This document shows, one piece after another, positions 1-8,376 of a DNA stretch of 42,063 nucleotides. Source of the DNA: a virus; the IMG/VR virus record IMGVR_UViG_2645727538_000003; one strand, 5' to 3'. The stretch's first letter is position 1, and each line of letters begins with the position of its first letter. Made by a program: the position numbers and the translations under genes. The notes beneath the pieces are model-generated. The model did not search any database. It worked only from the letters and a program-made list of their open reading frames with translations, and was not told the origin of the DNA.

Positions 1-1
1 G

Positions 2-376
2 TTAGACCAGAACAAGAAATGGCTCATGAATGATGAAGACATTAAGCCTGGACAAAAACTCTATGTCTATAAGGTCATTAAAGACAGATTGTTGAAGATA
101 CATGAAGACGAGGAATATGTTGCTGATGTTTTAGTTAAGCATTTATATAAAAAGAAAAGCAAATTTAAATCAACATTATGGGAGTGCTTTGGCGATGTAA
201 TATTGGAAAACATACAGAATAATCTAAAAAGATTTAAATCTTGTTATAGTTGTGGAAAGATGTTTAAGTCAATCTCCAATAAATCAAAATATTGTAGTAA
301 ATGTGCATTGGAAATTGAAAAAAAGAACCATCGAATAAGGCAAAAAAAATACAGTAAGAAAAAAATGACGAAATAG
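2..376 (+). CDS. yonO: 3' end of phage single-subunit RNA polymerase YonO (5'-truncated by window edge)
   Basis: Frame open from base 2; C-terminal CxxC...CxxC zinc ribbon (CYSC...CSKC); lies directly upstream of the HU gene as in SPbeta. Confidence 0.75.
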   Translation, partial: LDQNKKWLMNDEDIKPGQKLYVYKVIKDRLLKIHEDEEYVADVLVKHLYKKKSKFKSTLWECFGDVILENIQNNLKRFKSCYSCGKMFKSISNKSKYCSKCALEIEKKNHRIRQKKYSKKKMTK

Positions 377-452
377 AAAGTGCCTTGAGCCTTACTCCCC
401 CAAGGGGTACAGCGATTTTACCGGAAAAAGTTTAACGAAAAAAGCGCCTTGA
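377..452. repeat. Direct repeat AAAG(T/C)GCCTTGA x2
   Basis: AAAGTGCCTTGA at 377-388 and AAAGCGCCTTGA at 441-452. Confidence 0.5.
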
Positions 453-629
453 ATCCTTGATATGACTGGTCTGAAAGCCCCTTTTGAGATAATCGCCATA
501 AGGGAGAAAGAAAGCTAATTTCCACATATAAGGGTGAGTACGTCTCCCATTTTTTCAAAAGAAGCACAAACGATACCGTAATTATACTTTAACACAAAAA
601 TAAACAAAATCACTAGGAGGAATTAAAAC

Positions 630-905
630 ATGAACAAAACAGAATTTGTTGGAGCAGTTGCAGACGAATTAGGAGTTACTAAGAAAGAATCTACGCCTAA
701 TGTAGAGGGAGTGTTTAAAGTACTTTCAGAAACATTGGCAAAAGGTGAATCAATCAAGATTCCTGGAGTTGGAACATTTGAAGTTCGTGAACGTGCAGCT
801 CGTAAAGGGAGAAATATTCAAACTGGTGAGGAAATCGAAATCCCTGCTTCAAAAGTAGTGAAATTTAAGCCTGCTAAAGCACTAAAAGACGCAGTAAAAG
901 CTTAA
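630..905 (+). CDS. yonN: HU/HBsu-like DNA-binding protein
   Basis: MNKTEFV...GVGTFEVRERAARKGRNIQTGEEIEIPASKVVKFKP HU signature; RBS AGGAGG at 615-620. Confidence 0.95.
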   Translation: MNKTEFVGAVADELGVTKKESTPNVEGVFKVLSETLAKGESIKIPGVGTFEVRERAARKGRNIQTGEEIEIPASKVVKFKPAKALKDAVKA

Positions 906-915
906 TAAAATTAAT

Positions 916-1017
916 GAGGACGACAGGAAAGGCTTCCTGCACGCTTTGTCATGTCACATAGAGCTTATGCTCCTAAAAGTGGCAGAGTTAGATGTTATGG
1001 AGGAAATTGTCGCCCTC
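916..1017 (+). ncRNA. Candidate ~100-nt multibranch structured RNA
   Basis: Closing stem 916-925/1008-1017; inner stems 943-952/979-988 (G-U rich), 924-929/934-939, 961-964/969-972. Confidence 0.45.
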
Positions 1018-1031
1018 CCCTCTTTTCCCTA

Positions 1032-1177
1032 GAATGCGGTGGCGAAAAAGGTAAACGCGTAGATCGAGGTGGTATGACTGACCTTCGGGAATCTCGAGGC
1101 CAACCTTCAAGAGAAGACTAATAGTTGGCGAATTGTCATCCATGAGAGGTGCAAATCCTCTCCCGCATTCATCTCCA
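1032..1177 (+). ncRNA. tRNA-like RNA with expanded structured insert in place of the anticodon/variable arm
   Basis: Acceptor stem GAATGCGG/CCGCATTC; D-arm TGGCGAAAAAGGTAAACGC; T-arm GAGAGG-TGCAAAT-CCTCTC; no canonical anticodon arm. Confidence 0.7.
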
Positions 1178-1198
1178 GGTTAATTAATTAGAGTTCTT

Positions 1199-1666
1199 TT
1201 ATTGATGGCGTGGGGGCGTCGTCAATAATAAGCTGTTTACTGATATGTGGGATATCAGTTCTCGGCTAATATTCATTTGTTTGAGGACTTGGAATGCCAG
1301 GATTTCGGATAAGTGGATATTAGCGGGGTATTCCCCATCGTGGATGAAGCTTTTTCTAAACATGTCTATTCTCACTTTCATACGAACAAAAGCATTAAAT
1401 TCGACTTTACAGCTACAACTGGTCATTGTAGTTAGTCGGATAATGGTCACTTATGAGGGTTCGAGGTTAACTCGGATGTCTGTGTCTAAAAAGAGACAGG
1501 TAAATGGCTATTATCGGGCTAAAAATGTCGGTAAGACCATTGCTACTCAAGCTGAAAAATTGCTGTTTATGTAGGGTGAATCCCATCACAGTCTTACTAT
1601 GGGTGACATGTAGCCTGAATATTCGGCTTGCACTTAGGGAAGGAAGATGCGTCTCCCTTCCCTTTA
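1199..1666 (+). ncRNA. Candidate large ornate ncRNA (~460 nt)
   Basis: Dense series of G-U-containing helices, e.g. a 20-bp stem 1265-1284/1305-1324 with 5 G-U pairs and no mismatch; ends in GC hairpin 1636-1663; no credible ORF. Confidence 0.65.
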
Positions 1667-1856
1667 AATAATGCCCTTGTAAGCTTTTTTGCTTTGTCAT
1701 ACTATTGCCAACTATTAATAATCATGATGTTTATTTGTCTTAAGACAATACCAACTCAAAAAGCAAATTAAATTATTTCAATTTTTGTTATTTATGAAGG
1801 AAAAATGGCATTCGTGTCGAAATATCCTAGTTGAATATAAACTAGGAGTGAGTCTT

Positions 1857-2777
1857 TTGTCATCTAAAGTAATAACTATTAGAGGAAATTTCTTTAACTT
1901 TTCCGAACCAAACGGCGAAGAAAATGGAATAGACAAGCTGTTTGAACATCAGAAAGGAATTATCGATCAGCAAAAAGTAGATAATATAGAGGCGGGTGGA
2001 AATGTTTTACGGATTACTTTTTTAGAAAAAAACAAAGAAAATGAAGCATCTCAACGTCACTTTTGGGTGGGGGTATTAGAAAAGCTTGATGTAACTTCTG
2101 AAGGCGAAATAGCCAAACTTGATGGTACAAGAACAAAATATGCTGATGGGCCTGATGAAGGAACTATCGTTAATACAGGTTTTTTGTATTATCCTCTTAC
2201 TAAAACCCTTTTACTTCATAAAAAGCATGGTGGAGTTAATGACAAAACTTTTGGAGTTTTTATTCGAAAGCTTCTAAAGCATACTGGCATATGCTCTCAG
2301 CATAACAAGTTTAAAATGGATGTAGTGCCCGATGCTAAAAAGCTATTAAGACTTTCGAATGCAAAAGGAATTGAAGAAGTTCAGTACTCTTTCTCCCTTC
2401 CAAAAAATTTAAACTTTAAAAAGTTAGAGAATAGACCAATTTTAGGCGATATGTATTTAGCCCATTTCCTTGGTGGAGAACGGGTTAAAGTTACTGTTAG
2501 TGCAAAAGAACAAGGTATGAAAGTGTTTGATACTGTTAGGAAAATCAATGACCTGATTAAATTAGGTGAAAATGTATCATCCCTTAAAGCAGTATCAAAG
2601 CATGGAGATATCACAGAGCCGCTTGATTTACTAAGTGATCGTTTTACTGATTTTATTCGTGTAAAGTTAGACAAAAATCAAAAAGAAACAGCTACTTTGA
2701 TAATGGAATCTTTAAAGACCATCTTTTCAAAGCAAAAAACATTAATAGAGACAATGTATATAAGCAGCGACGAATAA
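1857..2777 (+). CDS. Soluble DUF6731/DUF4747-like (RexA-like) protein; putative anti-phage sensor subunit
   Basis: ORF 1785-2777; start moved to TTG 1857 behind AGGAG; 306 aa; family recognised from memory (F..F.....LLLHK.HGG pattern) and from pairing with a 4-TM gene. Confidence 0.55.
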   Translation: MSSKVITIRGNFFNFSEPNGEENGIDKLFEHQKGIIDQQKVDNIEAGGNVLRITFLEKNKENEASQRHFWVGVLEKLDVTSEGEIAKLDGTRTKYADGPDEGTIVNTGFLYYPLTKTLLLHKKHGGVNDKTFGVFIRKLLKHTGICSQHNKFKMDVVPDAKKLLRLSNAKGIEEVQYSFSLPKNLNFKKLENRPILGDMYLAHFLGGERVKVTVSAKEQGMKVFDTVRKINDLIKLGENVSSLKAVSKHGDITEPLDLLSDRFTDFIRVKLDKNQKETATLIMESLKTIFSKQKTLIETMYISSDE

Positions 2778-2799
2778 TTAACAATAAGGCGGTGTTAAA

Positions 2800-3237
2800 T
2801 TGGGTGGGTTTATTATTAAAATTTTTCTTTTTGTAATACCATTAATTATAGCTTTTATTATCCATCCCAGTTACGACAAAATTGTGAACTTAAAGGATGT
2901 ATTATTAGGGTCAATCGCATTTGGGTCAACTTCCGTTGGTTTTTTTATTGCGAGTGTTTCGATATTACAGACATCTAACATAAGCAAATTCTATAAACAT
3001 TTAGTTGCGTTAGGAACAAATAAAAAAATCATATCTTGGCTAATGACAGCTATTGCCTATATGTTTATTTTATCACTCTTGTCCCTGATTGTGTTATTTT
3101 GCTTAAACGGAAGTTTTAGTAATTCCCTTGTGATACTTTTAAATTTCTGGTTAGCATCTCTTTGTGCTTCTTTTTTGTCAACCCTTTGGATTATCCTGTT
3201 TTTCTTAATAATCTTTTCACTCAAATCAAATAATTAA
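2800..3237 (+). CDS. 4-TM membrane protein (RexB-like); putative effector
   Basis: 145 aa with four hydrophobic segments; 22 nt after the upstream ORF; RBS-like AAGGCGGTG. Confidence 0.65.
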   Translation: MGGFIIKIFLFVIPLIIAFIIHPSYDKIVNLKDVLLGSIAFGSTSVGFFIASVSILQTSNISKFYKHLVALGTNKKIISWLMTAIAYMFILSLLSLIVLFCLNGSFSNSLVILLNFWLASLCASFLSTLWIILFFLIIFSLKSNN

Positions 3238-3266
3238 AATTTGCAACTACCAAACGCAATCAGAAC

Positions 3267-3299
3267 GAGGCTTCCGCACCCTACGGCGGAGGTCTTTTT
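3267..3299 (+). terminator. Intrinsic terminator-like hairpin after the two-gene cassette
   Basis: GAGGCTTCCGC/GCGGAGGTCTT stem followed by T-run. Confidence 0.6.
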
Positions 3300-3301
3300 G
3301 T

Positions 3302-3482
3302 GCTTGCGTTAGCCTACGGGCCGACCGGAATGTCCTTACGAGCGTTCTGGTACGCAAGTTATCAATAATCTCCTTCGGGCGTTTCCCCAACGCCTATCCG
3401 ACTTATATTTTCATCTCCTTATATCCCCTTTTCGGATGTTACCGATGCTTCGGATCATCGGGCTTCCGAAGGAGCTTATTGA
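3302..3482 (+). ncRNA. Structured RNA or leader upstream of yonK
   Basis: Three-way junction 3302-3359 with a cUACGg loop; second domain closed by 3362-3378/3466-3482. Confidence 0.55.
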
Positions 3483-3515
3483 ACGTAAATAAAACACATA
3501 TTGGAGGAATTTAAT

Positions 3516-3701
3516 TTGGCTAAGAAAGTTCATACAGTAAATTTAAAAGGTAACTATACTTACATTGATGGGATTATTGAAGAAGAAACAAAAACAGACA
3601 TCGAGCGTTATGATCTGAATTCAATTTTAAAATCATTTGATGGTCGGAAAGTGAAAATTTCTATTACCGAGGAAGACGAACTTCCACAAATCAATGAGTA
3701 G
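3516..3701 (+). CDS. yonK: YonK-family protein
   Basis: KKVHTVNLKG...F.G+KVKISITEEDELP resembles YonK; TTG start behind GGAGG (3503-3507). Confidence 0.85.
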   Translation: MAKKVHTVNLKGNYTYIDGIIEEETKTDIERYDLNSILKSFDGRKVKISITEEDELPQINE

Positions 3702-3712
3702 GTGGTGACTGA

Positions 3713-4912
3713 ATGTCAGCTATTTTAAACCCTGTGTTGCATCGTGAAAAAGACGAATCGTTCACTGATTATCATATTAGACTTTTCAAAAACAAAGACA
3801 CTTATCATATTGACACAAAAACAATTGCTGCCCTTCTAAATAAGGATCAGGGAACCAACTATGATGAAAGCAAATGGCGTAAAGACTTTAAACAATTTGA
3901 ACGCTGGCACGATTACTTTATCTCAAAGAATATGAACAAAGAAGTTCAACAAAAACATGAAGAAATTCGCATTGAATCTGAAAAACAAACAATTAAAGCA
4001 CGAGATCAAAAAAGAGAATTCCGGAAATTCATTGCCAATCAAGCACGGTTTGAACAAATTAAAGATGATGTTGTTCAAGCTATTGCATCTCTAGAGTCAA
4101 AAAGACCCCTTCGCTTCACCTTCCCATCACCTGCTATTGCTGAAAAACATGGACTTGCTCTATTCAGTGATTGGCACTTCGGAATGGAAATCGACAACCG
4201 TATTAATAAATTCAATAAAGAAATCTTTAATGAACGTGTAGAACATCTCACCAACAAAGTGATTGAGTATGGTAAGCAGAATCACGTTTCCACACTACAT
4301 GTAGCAAATCTCGGTGATCTAATTGGAGGACTTATTCATGTGTCTACAAGAGTTCAGGCCAATGAAGATGCTGTAGAACAAATTAAATATGTATCAGAAA
4401 CGCTTGCTGAGGTTTTAGCGATGTTGGCAAGTGAGTTTCAAGAGATTAAATTCTACAATGTGGCAGGAAATCACGGTCGCCTCTCCCCTTCTAAAAATGA
4501 TGTAGGGATTAAAGAAAACTTTGAATACCTCATTAATTGGTATCTTGAAGCCAGATTAAAGAAGATAGAGAACATCTCCATTGAACCTGAGCAAGACGGA
4601 TTCATCCCCGCTAAAATCAACAATCAGGAAGTCGTGTTTGTGCACGGACACTACGATCGTGTTGATCAGTGCGTAACACGATTACCTCAATTACTTGGCT
4701 ACATCCCTTCTTACATATTCGGCGGTCATATTCATCACAATTACGAAAAAGAGTACGGCAGCACAACAGTTGTAGTAAACGGAGCGCTTGTTGGTGCGGA
4801 TGATTATGCTATGCAAGGTCGGTTTGGCACAAAACCTTCTCAAAAATTTATGGTTTTTGATGATGCAGGTATTGAGGCTACATACATAATTCGCTTTAAA
4901 AATGAAAAGTAA
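3713..4912 (+). CDS. yonJ: Calcineurin-like metallophosphoesterase/nuclease
   Basis: SDWH, GD, GNHG, HGH, GHIH motifs; 399 aa; synteny. Confidence 0.85.
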   Translation: MSAILNPVLHREKDESFTDYHIRLFKNKDTYHIDTKTIAALLNKDQGTNYDESKWRKDFKQFERWHDYFISKNMNKEVQQKHEEIRIESEKQTIKARDQKREFRKFIANQARFEQIKDDVVQAIASLESKRPLRFTFPSPAIAEKHGLALFSDWHFGMEIDNRINKFNKEIFNERVEHLTNKVIEYGKQNHVSTLHVANLGDLIGGLIHVSTRVQANEDAVEQIKYVSETLAEVLAMLASEFQEIKFYNVAGNHGRLSPSKNDVGIKENFEYLINWYLEARLKKIENISIEPEQDGFIPAKINNQEVVFVHGHYDRVDQCVTRLPQLLGYIPSYIFGGHIHHNYEKEYGSTTVVVNGALVGADDYAMQGRFGTKPSQKFMVFDDAGIEATYIIRFKNEK

Positions 4913-4925
4913 AAGGAATGATCCT

Positions 4926-5021
4926 ATGTCTGCAAACGATTTTATAGAAATATTAGCAGCGCAGTGGGACAACCTGTCCCCTGAAAGCCAGAGCACTCTA
5001 GTAAATTTGATTGTTAATTGA
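4926..5021 (+). CDS. Unannotated 31-aa peptide MSANDFIEILAAQWDNLSPESQSTLVNLIVN
   Basis: AAAGGA RBS upstream of ATG 4926; TGA at 5019-5021; fills the intergenic gap. Confidence 0.5.
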   Translation: MSANDFIEILAAQWDNLSPESQSTLVNLIVN

Positions 5022-5022
5022 T

Positions 5023-5040
5023 ATAAAACTTTAATTTTAT
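5023..5040. repeat. ATAAAA-N6-TTTTAT palindromic site
   Basis: ATAAAA ctttaa TTTTAT. Confidence 0.7.
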
Positions 5041-5060
5041 ACAGATGAGGATGATGAAGT

Positions 5061-5540
5061 ATGAAAATGACGAATGAAGACTTTAAATATTTAAACAAGC
5101 ATTTTGAACAACTTATTAAATTAAGAGAATCTGGCTATAAATGTGATTTTGAGATTAGAACTGTCTTAGATAAATTGCATGAAAAAATGGGTCTTGAGAA
5201 AAGAGCAGCTATCGGAACATGTTCAATGCCTGGAATTAGTATAAAAGAACCTTCCGTTGTTGTTTCACAAGGAGCAGTTAATTATTCACCGGGATTTGGG
5301 TCATCTAAAGGTGATACCCCCTTAAACAGTCAGAAAGATAAACCTAGGCTATTGATTCTTGGTGAACCTAGTTTGCTTTTTGAATTTTTCAAAGCATATA
5401 TTGTACCTGAATCAACTATAGTAAGATGCAATATAAGTCGAGATCAATCTCAGATAATTACAGAGGAAATTGAGATAACTTTTTTGAAGAAGACGTCCTC
5501 TACTAGGGGGATGCGATTTGATTATAAATTGTCTATGTAA
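5061..5540 (+). CDS. yonH: Hypothetical phage protein (yonH position)
   Basis: 159 aa ORF; size and synteny between yonJ and yonG. Confidence 0.55.
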   Translation: MKMTNEDFKYLNKHFEQLIKLRESGYKCDFEIRTVLDKLHEKMGLEKRAAIGTCSMPGISIKEPSVVVSQGAVNYSPGFGSSKGDTPLNSQKDKPRLLILGEPSLLFEFFKAYIVPESTIVRCNISRDQSQIITEEIEITFLKKTSSTRGMRFDYKLSM

Positions 5541-5627
5541 TTAAAAACACATTTTAAGAGCGCCCAGTGATGAATGAAGTCTCCACCACTTCTCTATTGC
5601 TGGGCGTTTTATAAAACGTGTTTTTGA
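5541..5627. repeat. Long imperfect inverted repeat (~30-bp stem)
   Basis: TTAAAAACACATTTTA-AGAGCGCCCAGTGAT pairs with ATTGCTGGGCGTTTT-A-TAAAACGTGTTTTTGA. Confidence 0.7.
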
Positions 5628-5650
5628 ACCAATTATTTGGAGGTGAACCA

Positions 5651-6580
5651 ATGCCAAGAAAAGCTAAAGAAAAGGAAAAATTGATCTGTGCTGCTTGTCA
5701 AAAAGAAAAGGACAAAGAGTCGGGGTTCTACAATTCACGAAGTAGCCTTTATGAGAAAACAGGCAAAGTCCCTATTTGCAAGACTTGCTTGAAGAAAAAT
5801 ATTGATTACAGCAATATTGAGTCAATATATACAGTCTTACAACAGATCGATGTTAAATTTGATCCTTTGTATTGGGAACAAGCTGAAAAGAGAAAAACAG
5901 ATACATTTAGCGCTTATATGACAATGGCTAATTCTTTGAAGCAATTTAACGGTACTGGTTACAAAGACAGTATATTTACAAAAGAAGATAAAACAAATGT
6001 AACAGCTAATGAAGAAGAGAGCCAAACATCTCAAGACATTGACTCAGACTATCTAGAGAAACTTAAAGAAAAATACGGATATGGCTACCCCGATGATGAC
6101 TACCTCCTTTTCGAAAAGAAATTCCTTCAACTAAAACCCTCTTTTCAGTTACTCACCACAATGCACGAAGAGTGCTTACGAGAATACTGCGTAAATAAGG
6201 TATATGAGACCCTTGCAAAAGCAAAAGGAGATTTTAAACAAGCTAAAGATTGGGCTGCAATGGCAAAAGATACAGCTGAAGCAGGTAAATTAAAACCTTC
6301 TCAAATGAGTAAAGCTGATTTATCGCAAGGTTTGGATGGATTTGGACAACTGGCGAGAATGGTTGAAGAGAAAGTTGACATTATCCCTATTCTACCCAAG
6401 TTTGTCTCTCAACCGAAAGATAAGCCAGATGTAGTATTATGGTGTTATTTAAATTATGTGCGGGACTTAAAAGGTCTTCCACCTGCTGATTATAAAGATA
6501 TCTACAACTTCTATGAAGAGCGCAGAGCAGATTATGAGAAACAAGAATTAGATAATGATCCTTCTATGCGGGAGTTATAA
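5651..6580 (+). CDS. yonG: Zn-finger phage protein; candidate terminase small subunit
   Basis: ATG 5651 behind GGAGGTG; CAAC...CKTC; immediately upstream of terL (function inferred from position). Confidence 0.65.
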   Translation: MPRKAKEKEKLICAACQKEKDKESGFYNSRSSLYEKTGKVPICKTCLKKNIDYSNIESIYTVLQQIDVKFDPLYWEQAEKRKTDTFSAYMTMANSLKQFNGTGYKDSIFTKEDKTNVTANEEESQTSQDIDSDYLEKLKEKYGYGYPDDDYLLFEKKFLQLKPSFQLLTTMHEECLREYCVNKVYETLAKAKGDFKQAKDWAAMAKDTAEAGKLKPSQMSKADLSQGLDGFGQLARMVEEKVDIIPILPKFVSQPKDKPDVVLWCYLNYVRDLKGLPPADYKDIYNFYEERRADYEKQELDNDPSMREL

Positions 6581-6582
6581 AT

Positions 6583-8358
6583 ATGGCTTCGAGAAAGAAC
6601 TTCCAAAGAGATAATTTTAAATACACCAAACAAAGTTCAAGATTGGACAGTGACCCTGAGTTTAACTCCCCTGTTCAAGCAAATCAAAATAAGGTTGATA
6701 CTTTTGAGCGAAATTTAGAAAAATGGATTGAATTTGTTCAATGGGCAAGATGGTTTCCTGATTTATGGTACGACTTGATTAAGCCAGAAAAAGGCGGTAT
6801 GAGACTAGATTTAGATCAAAGGGTTTTCCTAAGATGTATGAGTCGTTTTGTAAGTACATATGGAGTTTTCCCTCGTGGATTTGGGAAAACCATGCTTGAG
6901 TTAATGTCAATTTACCATACTGCTATTTGGTTTCCTGATATCACGATAGCCATGTCAGCACAAACAAGAGAAAATGCTGCTTCAATTAGTGAAGAGAAAC
7001 ACAATGAAATTATGAAGTGGTTTCCTTTAATGAAAAATGAATTAGCTGGTAAACCTTCTTTTACTAAAGACTCGGTCGAAGTAAAGTTCTCTTCCGGAGG
7101 AGTTTATTCTGTATTAGCAAACGCACAGTCTACAAAAGGACAACGGAGAAGAAGACTTAACGTTGAAGAATCAGCTCTTTTAAATAACGAGCTTTTTAAA
7201 GACGTACTTGAACCAGTCGTAAACGTGCCCAGAAGAACAATCGGCAAGCTTGCTACAGTAAACCCTTTTGAATTGAACGGGATGATTAATTACCTAACAA
7301 CGTCAGGCTATCGAGGATCAGATGAATTTAACAGGATTCTAAATATGCTTGATGAAATGGCTGAATTAAAAGGAAAAATTGTTCTAGGAGCAAGCTGGGA
7401 ATTACCTTGTCACTTTGGTAGAGGTGAAACACGGACTCAGATACTTGCAAAGAAAAATGATCCTACAACCTCATCAACTGCTTTCGCAATGAACTATGAG
7501 TCTAAATGGGTTGGAGCGAGTGATGGCGCACTTATCAACATTAGCAAGTTGATTAAAGCAAGGACAATTACAAACCCAGAACTGGCTTGTCCTAGAGATA
7601 AGAATAAGAATTTCTTATTAAATGAATATGTTATCGGGGTCGATGTTGCCCGCTCAAGTGAGAAGTCAAACAACAAAACAGCTATCATTGTTCTCAAGAT
7701 TGTTCGCAACTCCAATAATGCAATTAGGCAAGTCCAGGTTGTAAATATAATCGAACCACCAAACGGACTAAATTTTAAAGAACAATCAATCATGGTTAAA
7801 AGGGTTTTCAAAAATTATGGAGGTAATGAAGATCTATCTATATCAAGAGTTAGAGCTGTGATTGTAGACGGAAACGGAGTCGGAAGTGGACTGGTGGATA
7901 GACTTCTAGAAGATGTTACAGATCCAGAAACGAATGAAGAATTAGGATGCTGGGCAACAATCAATACTGATCAAAAACCAGATGTTCCAAACTCCCCTGC
8001 TATTGTTTATAACCTCAAATCTCAAGGGATTAACGACAAGATTATTACCACTTTCTTAGATTATGTTGAATCTGGAAAGTTGAAATTATTGAGACCATAT
8101 GAAGAAATAAAAAGCAAAAAAGTTATTAGTGACGATATAATGGTTGAGGCCACATGTATACAAACACAATTATTAATTGATGAAGTAGCCAACTTAAGGT
8201 TAAAGAAAACACAGAACTCAATTAGCGTCGAGCAAGTAGTTAAACGTATTGATAAAGATAGGTACAGTGCATTGAGTTATGCTCTTTACTACATAGCTTT
8301 GTTTTTAGAAAAGGAAGAATCCGATGATGAGTATTCATTTGGATTCTTTTTTAATTAG
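6583..8358 (+). CDS. yonF: Terminase large subunit
   Basis: Walker A PRGFGKT, Walker B LNVEE, nuclease GVDVAR and KDRYSA motifs. Confidence 0.93.
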   Translation: MASRKNFQRDNFKYTKQSSRLDSDPEFNSPVQANQNKVDTFERNLEKWIEFVQWARWFPDLWYDLIKPEKGGMRLDLDQRVFLRCMSRFVSTYGVFPRGFGKTMLELMSIYHTAIWFPDITIAMSAQTRENAASISEEKHNEIMKWFPLMKNELAGKPSFTKDSVEVKFSSGGVYSVLANAQSTKGQRRRRLNVEESALLNNELFKDVLEPVVNVPRRTIGKLATVNPFELNGMINYLTTSGYRGSDEFNRILNMLDEMAELKGKIVLGASWELPCHFGRGETRTQILAKKNDPTTSSTAFAMNYESKWVGASDGALINISKLIKARTITNPELACPRDKNKNFLLNEYVIGVDVARSSEKSNNKTAIIVLKIVRNSNNAIRQVQVVNIIEPPNGLNFKEQSIMVKRVFKNYGGNEDLSISRVRAVIVDGNGVGSGLVDRLLEDVTDPETNEELGCWATINTDQKPDVPNSPAIVYNLKSQGINDKIITTFLDYVESGKLKLLRPYEEIKSKKVISDDIMVEATCIQTQLLIDEVANLRLKKTQNSISVEQVVKRIDKDRYSALSYALYYIALFLEKEESDDEYSFGFFFN

Positions 8359-8376
8359 AAATTGAGGAGGTGAATA

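Noticed and set aside
1032-1177. Canonical tRNA gene
   Set aside because: No anticodon stem-loop, about 85 nt between the D and T arms, T-loop TGC rather than TTC, and CCA not at the canonical distance
1199-1700. ORFs 1199-1450(-), 1245-1574(+) and 1467-1700(-)
   Set aside because: No RBS, atypical composition and mutual overlap; the region is better explained as structured RNA
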